Assembly (NCBI GenBank): GCA_027923505.1
Contig: BROI01000002.1
Span: 2,480,001 to 2,544,000, forward strand
Direction of reading: 5' to 3'
Source: Mayamaea pseudoterrestris
Lineage: Eukaryota
Length of the DNA: 64,000 bases
Each line of letters opens with the position of its first letter. Position 1 is the stretch's first letter. The notes under the pieces were generated by a model, which did no database searches, was not told where the DNA came from, and was given only the letters and a program-made list of their open reading frames with translations. This document shows positions 47,301 to 58,370 of the stretch, in pieces. A program made the position numbers and the translations under genes.

Positions 47301-47558
47301 GGTAGCGGTGGGGCATCGAATCAAACGTCAGCCGAGTCGGGTTTGGCTCCGGCGGGCAAAACAAAAGCTACTGGTACCACAGAATCAGTTCAAGCTGAGG
47401 AAGAAACTTCATCCGTTTTAAACCCAATGTCCGATGGCGAGGAAGAGGTCGTATTCGAAATTGGAGACGCTTCAGTAGCTATCGAAAGTGAACATATGGA
47501 TGAGATAGACACTACCACCGGCGTCAATGCTAGCAAGGCTGAAGTCGAGCAAGTATAA
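44316..47558 (+). CDS. TBC1D23-like protein (degenerate Rab-GAP TBC domain + rhodanese-like domain)
   Basis: RPELY..LV; FYLLAVYHLP.L..HLD; WLLSHFAG; VWD (TBC-like); IIDCR.....GRFPTS and FPFVSILEGGFAACH (rhodanese-like). Confidence 0.75.
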   Translation: MSHNDGDDDDDMADLFSFGAEGGETDPEIVGQEFSVGDAATASSRPRLNSDDSLIDMIENEGVKGVLSGVGLIEDHDPETQDILKWLDNEDDTAATDVLTERTVSQDDEEEQRQEIVLPSVEPTVVALPPIFTSLQEALDSKESTSEQIRQLALTEDVIRREQRPELYCRLVCNKTLEETLSSSLADSFEHWSQEAAPNDDMTLATLEGWTNTQALALSEQYTCNVEDLKKLLLYRLRSHGSEQDLLLPPVAATLLSTGMPLAACSVVLHQILPNYMPLLNLPQKERWEASLSMHSEFYLLAVYHLPLLVFHLDQYLQGWHWPKQHDTDGNGTELEPTEKGRNLQSLGQLPPSWLLSHFAGESNGTFYLGQEDVLEVWDNSFTRQDPALRFFLTLALLEQASDTLILLTGNELKEQFESSLTINKKDGGTSIGRWVDRAEIMRGATPDTVVLKLRTAEDSAVQHTIKLRQERAEQELKLKMEAESIAHKIAHEKKADEARERLNRARLVAFYRKHMPDKENNVDTILVNYAGRLDVLEKKLKAKYGEGFNPAFKSKQEVDVPNETLKRIATLNKGIGGVFGAKGPKEDEVVECCLPSEHVSVQVLASEVLPVFCWSKEAVAVRGVKYKPVQRRKYLKFCIIDCRTEAAAVEQGRFPTSMNLSPEIMMAPEKLNDAEERFESLRGAAHIVIMGDGFSALPQLYNYKLNPRTEELILEDQSRVQNCALFFVKRGFPFVSILEGGFAACHSWIIREGPAHELAASSVLSDYVPDGSLFGQLEAFHNASGAEKAQRRMQSILDKSLTVVAKRAQQLEDFANELDNVETTAAGFRSLFGRGASSAQKSTSGSRPSVSLQESKDGEGLKQFFVGIGKSFDEERTCLPEAEPTSSASEQPTQITETSEPSEDSTKEKVEGFDATAHTPRTDDSLDRKAMGPAPTVNAFANLWRRGTSGGNSGATGTIVAADNAPEMAVVGTTKTEPAGGIGGFLKRNPFARLGSGGASNQTSAESGLAPAGKTKATGTTESVQAEEETSSVLNPMSDGEEEVVFEIGDASVAIESEHMDEIDTTTGVNASKAEVEQV

Positions 47559-47587
47559 TCTATACATAATTAGCTTGTTAGCAGACA

Positions 47588-48580
47588 CTACAAATATCTC
47601 ACTTGCACACTTTCGCCAGCGAGATTGGCTTCGTTCATCGTCAAGCTCTGCAAGTCAGCCATGTCTTTTAGCGGAAATCCATACTTTAAGTCAATGGATC
47701 GATCGCCCCCAGTTAGTTGGTGACAAACTGCATATACTTGCATGACCGAGTCTGTCGCCAAGAAGCGTCTCACGACGCGCTTGCCGTCCGGTAGTTTCAA
47801 CTGTAGCCGTAAGCATCCCGGCGCGTCAGCTGGCGGCTCGGGCGTCACAGGCGGCATAATTGTAGTCTCCTGTACGCTGAGTAGCAAAGCACGCTGCAAG
47901 TCCTTCTCTTCTTGGCTGCAAGTGTTTCCGTTGGTCGGTGACGCTTGTAGTTTCATGCCGCTTCCTGTCAAACTCTCCCATGGATCTCTTGGAGTGGCCC
48001 TGCCTTTCAGCAAGTCTTCCATACAATGATACACTCCATGGGTCGTCACAGAGGAGTGCGGCTTTGCTCCAGCCGGAGGCAAGCCCCGTTCAATAGCAAA
48101 AATGGTGTAACCATCATTGTGCATCCATGCATCCATTTCTGTCGCCAAACGGAAGTGTGAAATAGCAATCGGAAGTTCCAGCATGCTGTTTAAATTCCAG
48201 AACCTGTCTCCAACCTTCCTAATAGTGAACCAGTGGCTGGATTTATGGAGGACGAATCCTTCGAGTGTAGTAATGTCAATGCTCTTGTCAATGGTCGACA
48301 AATGCGGAAGCTGTAAACCAAACATGTTTTGAAGGGCTGCCTTGAGAACCTGAATCGAAAAGTTTCCTTGCGGGTCGACGTTAGCCGATGGTGCGTATGC
48401 AGCCGATGAGTCCATGACCTTTCGTTCCATGGCGTCAAGCGTCATGGCAATGTCGGCTAGCATGCCAGCGTCAAAGACGGGACTTTGCACAAGGTTGTTC
48501 AAAGCATGCTGTCCACAGAGGAGCGCTTGCTGGCGCTCGTGGTAGATCCAAATATCCTTGGCAGATTGGGATTCAACCAT
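47588..48580 (-). CDS. Ataxin-3-like deubiquitinase: Josephin domain + UIM + C-terminal UBX domain
   Basis: IYHERQQALLCGQHALNNLVQ, GNFSIQVL, HWFTIRKV...WNLNS (C-H-N triad); EEKDLQRALLLS (UIM); LQLKLPDGKRVVRRF...GFP...TMNEANL (UBX). Confidence 0.92.
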   Translation of the reverse strand: MVESQSAKDIWIYHERQQALLCGQHALNNLVQSPVFDAGMLADIAMTLDAMERKVMDSSAAYAPSANVDPQGNFSIQVLKAALQNMFGLQLPHLSTIDKSIDITTLEGFVLHKSSHWFTIRKVGDRFWNLNSMLELPIAISHFRLATEMDAWMHNDGYTIFAIERGLPPAGAKPHSSVTTHGVYHCMEDLLKGRATPRDPWESLTGSGMKLQASPTNGNTCSQEEKDLQRALLLSVQETTIMPPVTPEPPADAPGCLRLQLKLPDGKRVVRRFLATDSVMQVYAVCHQLTGGDRSIDLKYGFPLKDMADLQSLTMNEANLAGESVQVRYL

Positions 48581-48847
48581 AATTGGTTTCTAAATTCAAA
48601 GTAAGTTTCACTACCAATCGCCGATGTCCATCAAAGAATTTTGTCGGCCATAGGCAGTGAATCCCATGGTCAACATCCGACGCCGATCGACGGTTAACGA
48701 CGCGCACCGTTGTAGTGTCGTACCGGTTAAAAATTTCAAAATTTATATCGCACTGGTTCTCAGCAGTTCCATCCATCTCGAATTGAAATACGTCCTCGCG
48801 CGCAATCGATCACACTGTCAATAGAGTATAGCTACCGTAGAAGCTTC

Positions 48848-50368
48848 ATGGAATTCGAAGGAGACCTTGTCAAAGTCGTCTTTGTCGCGAAGAAGGACGC
48901 TAAAAGGGTCAAGGATTGGCTTAAAGTGAAAGATGGAATGCTCTCCGACCAACATCGCATGTGCTCGTCGACGGACGAACAGTTTCCAGACTGCATAGCC
49001 ATACCAGTCATTAGCAGCCACTTGGATATGAATGTTCACGAAAATAATGATATTCTTGGAGGGGGATTACAGCAATGTCCGCTAAAGTCAAAGTCGAGCC
49101 AGTTCGGAAGCCAAAGTAAACAATATCACGCTGAATTGCAGTCGAAAGAACATACACAAGACATTGATACACGCTACAAGTTTAATAAGATACAAGAGAC
49201 ACTTCTTTACGTCTTAGACTCGATGTCTATAAAGAAAATTTTCGGTGCTGGAGAGTCAGAAACACTCATGTTGAACATTGACAAACTGTGCGAAGCGGAA
49301 TGTCCATCCAAACTTCAATTCTTTGGCGACGACCGCACTCTAGTGCTATCCGAAAAGGCGCTCGACTATACTGACGAAACTAGCTCATTTGCCCGCTTCC
49401 TCGCTTCGATAGTTGATGATCAACAATACGACCAATTCATGGATCAAGTATATGCCAAACTGGCTAACGACTGCCGCTCGTTTCGCATCATTCGACGATG
49501 TCGCATTGACGCCAACTCGGGCATTCGCGAAAGTAACTTTGCCATTCTTTGGCCAAGACAAGATAGTATAGCCAGCCTTCCCAGGTGTGGTCCAAAATCG
49601 TTAAAGTGGATAACTGTTACGGAGAATGGCATTCGACAATCATTCAACTTGACTCGAGTCATGTTTTGCCGAGGCAACTACTCGGAAAAGCTGCGGTTCG
49701 GTACCAAGCTGGTGCAGCCAGATGAAGTGGTGTTGGACATGTACGCGGGGATTGGATATTTTACGCTTCCCGCTCTGGTGCATGGCAAGGCAAGGCACGT
49801 TGTGGCATGTGAATGGAACGACCATGCGGCAGAGGCGCTGCGATACAATTTGGTCGACAATGGCGTCCAGGCTCGAGCAACAGTTTACGTGGGTGACTGC
49901 CGCATTGTTGCCAAGGAACAAGGGCTGGTGAACATGTTTGACCGCGTGAGTTTGGGTCTGCTGCCTAGCAGCGAAGGCGGATGGGCTACTGCGGTGCGGG
50001 CGCTGAAGCGCGCTACTGGAGGCTGGCTCCATGTGCATGGTAATGTTCCGGTGAAGGAAGCCAATAGTTGGTTAGAGTGGCTTTGTATTCGCGTGCTTGA
50101 CTGTGCGCGAAAGGAGGGACTGGTAAATTGGGTTGTACTTGGTTCGCACTTGGAGAAGGTCAAGTCGTTTGCGCCAACAGTGAATCACTACGTTGCTGAT
50201 GTATGGCTTGGTCCTGCATCGCAAACGGTAGCCGGAGCTGCTGAAATGTCTTCGGGGACGGCGGCAGTCGTTGTAGACGGTCGAGTGGTAATTTTAAATG
50301 CCACTGTCGCTGCTCCGAGCTGCGCCTTATCTGATGAAGGGGCCCTTTGTCAAGCATGGATGAGATGA
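48848..50368 (+). CDS. TYW2: tRNA wybutosine-synthesising protein 2 (TYW2/TRM12, Met-10+ family)
   Basis: ENGI...FNLTRVMFCRGN.SEKLR, VLDMYAGIGYFTLP, ACEWN, DRVSLGLLPSSEGGW, LHVHGN, KVKSFAP.V.HYVAD. Confidence 0.92.
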   Translation: MEFEGDLVKVVFVAKKDAKRVKDWLKVKDGMLSDQHRMCSSTDEQFPDCIAIPVISSHLDMNVHENNDILGGGLQQCPLKSKSSQFGSQSKQYHAELQSKEHTQDIDTRYKFNKIQETLLYVLDSMSIKKIFGAGESETLMLNIDKLCEAECPSKLQFFGDDRTLVLSEKALDYTDETSSFARFLASIVDDQQYDQFMDQVYAKLANDCRSFRIIRRCRIDANSGIRESNFAILWPRQDSIASLPRCGPKSLKWITVTENGIRQSFNLTRVMFCRGNYSEKLRFGTKLVQPDEVVLDMYAGIGYFTLPALVHGKARHVVACEWNDHAAEALRYNLVDNGVQARATVYVGDCRIVAKEQGLVNMFDRVSLGLLPSSEGGWATAVRALKRATGGWLHVHGNVPVKEANSWLEWLCIRVLDCARKEGLVNWVVLGSHLEKVKSFAPTVNHYVADVWLGPASQTVAGAAEMSSGTAAVVVDGRVVILNATVAAPSCALSDEGALCQAWMR

Positions 50369-50572
50369 TAGCATAAAGTATTTCATGTTATATGAGATAG
50401 CTGTAATATAATCGCACTTGGCGTGTACGTCGGATTTCGGTAGCTTGGACATTACATTCTACGATACCGGTAGCTAAAATATCGACCGACCCGGAAGCGA
50501 AGGCAAGCGACATCGACTCACGTCCGTTTCTGTTCGCGTCATTTTTGTTCTGTTCGAATTCTGAAGCACACC

Positions 50573-53500
50573 ATGGCGGCTCTTGCGAGACATCTACAGG
50601 TATGCTTGATTCTACTCAGTACCCCATTGACCTTTGGTTTGTCAGTGAAATCGTCAAGCTTTTTGGGTCAGTCGCTGGTGTCTACAAGTCGGACTGCTGC
50701 CGATGCCATGGATGACGATGGTCGCTTTGGCAGCCATGCCTCTCTGTTCATGCGAAAGCAAAAGGCGTCAGACAAACGCACCAGACGAAAGCAGCGAGGA
50801 ATACTGACAAACGATGAAATTATAGGGCCCATCACCGTCACTGAATCGCCCATGGAAGTGACAGGCCCATGGAGAGGCAAGACAATTCAACCAAAACACT
50901 TCCGTGGTGTCGCACCTTCAATCAAGGCAGTTACAAAGATTGGAGGCAGAGGAAGGTCCAGAAAACGGAGCACCCTTTATAGCAGTCTTTCTTTCTACCA
51001 TAATTATTTCCTTAAATTGCTGACTCTAGAATATCAAGTTGAGGTGAGTCTTGACGTCTTGACAAGGTGGCTCGACAAGGATGCTGCATTCGACGAATCT
51101 GTCAACGAATCTCCAGAGAAGAAGGGTATTGAAGGCCACTTTGGCATTGAAACGCAGCCATCTCATTCCCGTGGCTCTCTATTACAGGAAGAAGAAGTTC
51201 TGAGTCGAATCAAAGCGAGTCTTGACAGTCCGTTATCTTTGGAGCTCAGTGGGTATGCACTCTTTGATATGTTTCCTTCGAGACGCGGCAATCTCTTTTC
51301 GGATGAGGTCTATCGGCTTATAAAGGCATTCGATGCTGCATCTGTATACCATCGAGACGCAGATTATGATGTTTTGCCAGCGTCTGCTGCGACAAACGAA
51401 ACGAATCTCCCTTCAAACCATCGATTTTCCAAGAATGATGTGATTATGCTCACTCTACAACCTAGCGGGAGTGGGGACTATTACAATCAAGCATCTCTGC
51501 CCACGAGTGATACTGCCGTGACCTTGGAAGCCCGGGTTCTGAACACAGGACCCACCTATGTCGACATTGCCGTGCCGGCTGGTAAATTTGAGGCAGCATT
51601 TGGGCCGGCACCGAACGACCGATATAACAAGGGCGATTCCTCAATGCGACTACGAATGGATCGATTCTTTTCCAAAGTCCCGTACGAAAGGATGGTGCAA
51701 GCTCTGGGACAGCTCACGAGCATTTCAACTCGACGCAAGGCTGAGGATTTGCCGAGCGATTCTAAGGTGCAGCCTTCGGACGACAAGCCAAACTATCTCG
51801 ACTCAATTGTCATGGACGAAGTGATACGAGAAACAATTTTAAAAACTCATGCGTACGCGAACTCAGAGAGTCCGCTTTATGGAGATGCGGATGCTTGCGA
51901 CCTTGAAGAACTTGTAAGTGTCACTTCTGGGTGGCCAACGCTGTACTTTAAAGTCCTTGGCCTCAACCATTTTTATTCACTGTCAATCTAGGCAAACAAA
52001 ATAGCAAAGCCTCCAATGCGCACTTCGCACAAGCTGGCCACTGGCGCTCTGGCATTTATCGATACTAGACCAGACATATTCACAAAGTTTAATGCTCCTC
52101 AACGGGCTGCGATTGAAGCTGCACTGACGCGTCGCTTGACCATGATTCAAGGTCCTCCTGGCTCGGTAAAATTTTGTTGCATTTTTCGTTATCCTAATGC
52201 TCAAGAAACTGGGTCCGCTCACATTGTCACTAACATTTTCCTCCTATGTTAATAGGGCAAAACAACAGTTGCTGCGGCCATTGCCTTTGGTTATGCCAAG
52301 CAATGCCGAGCAATTTCGCCACACACGAAGGTACTGGCGTGTGCATTTAGCAATGTTGGAGCGGACAACCTCGCAGAGGCCATACAGGGTCTTGGCTTGC
52401 GAGTCATCCGAGTCGGCAAGGCGTCAGCTATTGCTGAGTCACTTTGGAACATAACGCTTGACGCTGCAATTGACCGCGATAACGACGCTATTTCAGCGTT
52501 ACGGGTCGCGAGTCGGGCAACCACTGCCGCAGCAAAATTGGGCGCGAGCACGACCTATGGACTTGGTGAACGATCTGTGAAAGACGCAGCAACTAACGCC
52601 GTGAAAGAGGCCAATCGCGCGTGCAACATCGCTGCCACGAAAGCTTTGCGGGAAGCGGATATAATCATATCTACTTCTAGCGGCGCCGCCGATCCAAGAC
52701 TGCTCGCGGCTTGCGGTATCACTGAAAAAGAATCGGATGAATTTGCGCCGTCTCAGTTCGCTGCCGTCAAGGATGAACAGCGGACTGTGCGAGAGCTAGC
52801 TCCAGACGCCAAACCTCCCTTGTCACTACCGTTTGTCCTTATAGACGAAGCTTGCCAAAGCGTGGAACCGGCGACGATCATCCCCGTGTTATCATCCAAC
52901 AGTTGTCGATCTCTTGTGTTGCTAGGAGATCCTTGCCAGTTGCCACCAACAGTCCGCAGCCATGATGCGAGCTCTCTCTCGCTTTCCCTCATGGAACGCT
53001 TGTCAATTGTGATGCCTAAACCTACTGTTATCTCATCTCGAGTGGACACGACAATAAGCGATACATCATACATGGACACACTGGCTGTTAAACAATCCAA
53101 GTCACTTATGCGCTCAATGGAGTCAAGCCCGAATAACATATCCTACCGCAAGCGCTTTGGTGGAGCGATGTTGCTGTCAGTGCAATACCGCATGCATCCG
53201 AGCATCTCTGCCTTCCCTTCAGCAGTGTTTTATGATGGACTCTTAGCAACACCTGCTTTTTTGTCGCCGCTCCGGCCTTTCCCAGCAGTATTAAAATCCT
53301 TAATGCCGAACGGCAATTTTCTTGTGCAAAACATCAGGATAATAAATGTTGGTGGACGCGGCAATGAGCGCCAGGGATTGTTGAAGGACTCTTCGTTGGC
53401 GCCATCGTCGATGGAACAGACAAGTTACTGGAATGAACGCGAAGGGTTGCGTGTGGTGTCGCTGCTCAAGAAACTACTTCAAGGAGAGATTAAAAACATC

Positions 53501-53851
53501 GAGACTGTTGGGATCATCTCGCCATACAATGGTCAGGTTCAGCTGATCAAATCTATTATGGCTGATGATAAGGATTTGCGTGATCTTCTTGATGAGGTGT
53601 CCATCTCGGTCGAGGTCAACAGTGTCGATGGGTACCAAGGAAGGGAGCGAGATGTCATCATCTTCTCGTCGGTCCGAAGCAACCGACATGGTCGCATTGG
53701 CTTTCTTCATGATTGGCGTCGCATGAATGTTGCCATGACCCGCGCCAAATCGGCGTTTCTATTCGTTGGCGACCTCGAGACGCTGTCAATTGACAAGCAT
53801 TGGGCTGCATTCGCCAAATACGCGCGTGGACTAGACATTGTGTTCTTTTGA
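50573..53851 (+). CDS. UPF1/NAM7-like superfamily-1 helicase with N-terminal signal + transit-like peptide; introns 51044-51187, 51914-51991, 52166-52255
   Basis: FNAPQRAAI...IQGPPGS|GKTT, AFSNVGADNL, IDEACQSVEP, LGDPCQLPP, QYRMHPSI, IISPYNGQV, VDGYQGRERD, RRMNVAMTRAK. Confidence 0.92.
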
Positions 53852-54339
53852 TAACCTCTCGTAATGTAGTAGTTCAGTGCTGCTCTTTATTCGACTATGT
53901 GAATACAAGCTGACCTGACGGTCTGTGGCACTTCCCCGCCCCTTGACTATCACTGCTGTAGTGTGTACCAGTAGAATGCTGCTGCTGCTAATTCTCCAGA
54001 TGCAACTATTATAGGTAGTAGGGATGTGCAGTATAATATAGAGCAGATCAGAGTCAATTTGTGTTGCAAGGATTGGCTCCGTGGATGTGTGTACTACTTT
54101 CACATTGTAACACATTCCTTGCTCAGTAGGCAAAAGTGGACCAATGGTAAATAAATGCTTGATACATACTGGACAAATTGCTAGCCCAGTCTCACTTTAG
54201 GGCCTTTTCTTTGGCACTTGGCAAGGTACTGTACTGGGCACCTTTGGCTTCGTAACCTCCACGCTGGACAAGCTATATAACACTGGTTGCGCAGGCTCCA
54301 TACTGGAACTGAAAAAGATTGAGCTGACTCCCTTACCAG

Positions 54340-54635
54340 TCACAGCCCACAGATGCGTAGACATTCCATTGCCCATATAACATGCCATGTATACACCCAA
54401 ATCACACCAGAATGGTGCCAACATCATTATTCAGTCTGCGCTACAAGTTGGTATGCCTGGTGGGTGTCTCAGTAGACTGCATTGTCTCAGCCCACAGATG
54501 CCTTGACATTCCATTGCCCATATAACATGCCATGTATACACCCAAATCACACCAGAATGATGCCAACATCATTATTCTGTCTGCGCTACAAGATGGTATA
54601 CCTGGCGGGTGTCCTTGTAGACTGCAATGTGACTG
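54340..54635. repeat. Two tandem ~145-bp copies of a unit (type C) on the left flank of array B
   Basis: GCCATGTATACACCCAAATCACACCAGAATG(G/A)TGCCAACATCATTATTC at 54384 and 54529. Confidence 0.92.
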
Positions 54636-54654
54636 TGACAAGTTGTCACCAGTC

Positions 54655-57600
54655 TCAGCCGAGTCTCACCTTGACATACATGGTTGTGGAGTCTGGAATG
54701 GGTGGGTGCAACTGACCTACGCATTAGCCCACCATGGCTCCAAACATGAATTGGAAAGAATTGGAGGGCTCAACAGGCAACAATGATGGTTTGTGTAGCC
54801 ATAAAGGGTGCACGGCTGGCACATTCAACCAATGGTTGGCTGTGCGGAGTGTCATGGTAAAGGTATGGGTTTCACCCCCAAGGTGACAAGCCTTTGCGTA
54901 ATTATCACTTAAAAATGTATGTTCCTTGTAATCCAGAACAGGCAGGCCATTCTGGCAGTCTGAAGTGCCACTTGAGGTGCGCTGCTGGCAGAACCTACAA
55001 GTTGTTGGGTCTGCCGAGTCTCATCATGACATACATGGTGGTGGAGACTGGAATGGGTGGGTGCAACTGACCTAAGCATTGGTCCATCATGGCTCCAAAC
55101 ATGAATTGGAGGGCTCAACTGGCAACAATGATGGTTCGTGTAGCCATAACGGCTGGCACATTCAACCAATGGTTGAATGTGCGGAGTGTCATGGCAAAGG
55201 TATGGGTTTCACACCCAAGGTGACACACCTTTGTGCTCTAATCACTTAAAAATGTATGTTCCTTGTAATCCAGAAATGGCAGGCCATTCTGGCAGTCTGA
55301 AGTGCCACTTGAGGTGCGCTGCTGGCAGATCCTACAAGTTGTTGGGTCTGCCGAGTCTCACCGTGACATACATGGTGGTGGAGACTGGAATGGGTGGGTG
55401 CAACTGACCTAAGCATTGGCCCATCATGGCTCCAAACATGAATTGGAAAGAATTGGAGGGCTCAACAGGCAAAAATGATGGTTCGTGTAGCCATAAAGGG
55501 TGCACGGCTGGCACATTCAACCAATGGTTGAATGTGCGGAGTCTCATGGCAAAGGGATGGGTTTCACACCCAAAGTGACAAGCCTTTGCGCTCTAATCAC
55601 TTAAGAAATGTATTTGCTTTGTATTCCGGAACTGGCAGGCCATTCTAGCAGTCTGAAGTGCCACTTGAGGTGCGCTGCTAGCAGATCCAACAAATTGTTG
55701 GGTCTGCCGAGTCTCACCATGACATACATGGTGGTGGAGACTGGAATGGGGGGGGTGCAACTCCAAACATGAATTGGAGGGCTCAACAGGCAAAAATGAT
55801 GGTTCGTGTAGCCATAAAGGGTGCACGGCTGGCACATTCAACCAATGGTTGAATGTGCGGAGTGTCATGGCAAAGGTATGGGTTTCACACCCAAGGTGGC
55901 ATGCCTTTGCACTCTAATCACTTAAGAAATGTATGTTCTTTGTATTCCGGAACTGTCAGGCCATTCTGGCAGTCTGAAGTGCCACTTGAGGTGCGCTGCT
56001 GGCAGATCCTACAAGTTGTTGGGTCTGCCGAGTCTCACCATGACATACAGACTGGAATGGGTGGGTGCAACTGACCTAAGCATTGACCTATCATGGCTCC
56101 AAACATGAATTGGAAAGAATTGGAGGGCTCAACAGGCAACAATGATGGTTTGTGTAGCCATAAAGGGTGCACGGCTGGCACATTCAACCAATGGTTGAAT
56201 GTGCGGAATCTCATGGCAAAGGGATGGGTTTCACACCCAAGGTGACAAGCCTTTGCGCTCTAATCACTTAAGAAATGTATTTGCTTTGTATTCCGGAACT
56301 GGCAGGCCATTCTAGCAGTCTGAAGTGCCACTTGAGGTGCGCTGCTAGCAGATCCAACAAGTTGTTGGGTCTGCCGAGTCTCACCATGACATACATGGTG
56401 GTGGAGACTGGAATGGGTGGGTGCAACTCCAAACATGAATTGGAGGGCTCAACTGGCAACAATGATGGTTTGTGTAGCCATAAAGGATGCACGGCTGGCA
56501 CATTCAACCAATGGTTGAATGTGCGGAGTGTCATGGCAAAGGTATGGGTTTCACACCCAAGGTGACACACCTTTGTGCTCTAATCACTTAAAAATGTATG
56601 TTCCTTGTAATCCAGAAATGGCAGGCCATTCTGGCAGTCTGAAGTGCCACTTGAGGTGCGCTGCTGGCAGATCCTACAAGTTGTTGGGTCTGCCGAGTCT
56701 CACCGTGACATACATGGTGGTGGAGACTGGAATGGGTGGGTGCAACTGACCTAAGCATTGACCCATCATGGCTCCAAACATGAATTGGAGGGCTCAACAG
56801 GCAACAATGATGGTTCGTGTAGCCATAAAGGGTGCACGGCTGGCACATTCAACCAATGGTTGAATGTGCGGAGTGTCATGGCAAAGGTATGGGTTTCACA
56901 CCCAAGGTGACACACCTTTGCACTCTAATCACTTAAGAAATGTATGTTCTTTGTATTCCAGAACTGGCAGGCCATTCTAGCAGTCTGAAGTGCCACTTGA
57001 GGTGTGCTCCTGGCAGATCCTACAAGATGTTGGGTCTGCCGAGTCTCACCATGCCATACAGACTGGAATGGGTGGGTGCAACTGACCTAAGCATTGACCT
57101 ATCATGGCTCCAAACATGAATTGGAAAGAATTGGAGGGCTCAACAGGCAACAATGATGGTTCGTGTAGCCATAAAGGGTGCACGGCTGGCACATTCAACC
57201 AATGGTTGAATGTGCGGAGTGTCATGGCAAAGGTATGGGTTTCACACCCAAGGTGACAAGCCTTTGCGCTCTAATCACTTAAGAAATGTATGTTCTTTGT
57301 ATTCCAGAACTGGCAGGCCATTCTGGCAGTCTGAAGTGCCACTTGAGGTGTGCTGCTGGCAGATCCTACAAGATGTTGGGTCTGCCGAGTCTCACCATGA
57401 CATACAGACTGGAATGGGTGGGTGCAACTGACCTAAGCATTGACCCATCATGGCTCCAAACATGAATTGGAGGGCTAAACAGGCAAAAATGATGGTTCGT
57501 GTAGCCATAAAGGGAGCACAGCTGGCACATTCAATTAAGGGTTGAATGTGCGGAGTGTCATGGCAAAGGTATGGATTTCACACCCAAGGTGACATGCCTT

Positions 57601-58240
57601 TGCACTCTAATCACTTAAGAGATGTTTTCGCTTTGTATTCCAGAACTGGCAGGCCATTCTGGCAGTCTGAAGTGCCACTTGAGGTGCGCTGCTAGCAGAT
57701 CCAACAAGTTGTTGGGTCTGCCAAGTCTCACCATGACATACATGGTGGTGGAGACTGGAATGGGTGGGTGCAACTGACCTAAGCATTGGCCCATCATGGC
57801 TCCAAACATGAATTGGAAAGAATTGGAGGGCGCAACAGGCAACAATGATGGTTCGTGTAGCCATAAAGGGTGCACAGCTGGCACATTCAACCAATGGTTG
57901 AATGTGCGGAGTCTCATGGCAAAGGGATGGGTTTCACACCCAAGGTGACACACCTTTGCACTCTAATCACTTAAGAGATGTTATGTTCTTGTATTCCAGA
58001 AATGGCAGGCCCTTCTGGCAGTCTGAAGTGCCACCTGAGGTGCGCTGCTAGCAGATCCAACACGTTGTTGGGTCTGCCTAGTCTCACCATGGCATACATG
58101 ATAGTGGAGACTGGACTGGGTGGGGGCAACTGACCTAAGCATTGCCATCATAGCTCCAAACATGAATTGGAAAGCATTGGAGGGCTCAACAGGCAACATT
58201 GATGGTTCGTGTAGCCATAAAGGGTGCACAGCTGGCACTG
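54655..58240. repeat. Tandem satellite-like array B, 320-356-bp monomer, ~10.5 copies
   Basis: ATCACTTAA anchor recurs near 54904, 55241, 55596, 55917, 56263, 56583, 56928, 57275, 57610 and 57966. Identical spurious ORFs at 55177 and 56519 are 1342 bp apart. Confidence 0.97.
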
Positions 58241-58263
58241 ACAATCAAATGCCCATGCAGCAA

Positions 58264-58370
58264 GCCATGTATACACCCAAATTACACCAGAATGGTGCCA
58301 ACATCATTATTCAGTCTGCGCTACAAGATGTTATGCATGGCAGGTGTCCTTGTAGACGGCAATGTGACTG
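58264..58370. repeat. Third copy of the type-C unit on the right flank of array B, in direct orientation
   Basis: GCCATGTATACACCCAAATTACACCAGAATGGTGCCAACATCATTATTCAGTCTGCGCTACAAG...GTGTCCTTGTAGAC.GCAATGTGACTG matches 54529-54635. Confidence 0.92.

Noticed and set aside
54655..58240. Arrays as centromeres
   Set aside because: Not noticeably AT-rich (characterised Phaeodactylum centromeres are low-GC), and two different arrays lie ~37 kb apart among dense genes; unsupported without CENH3 data.
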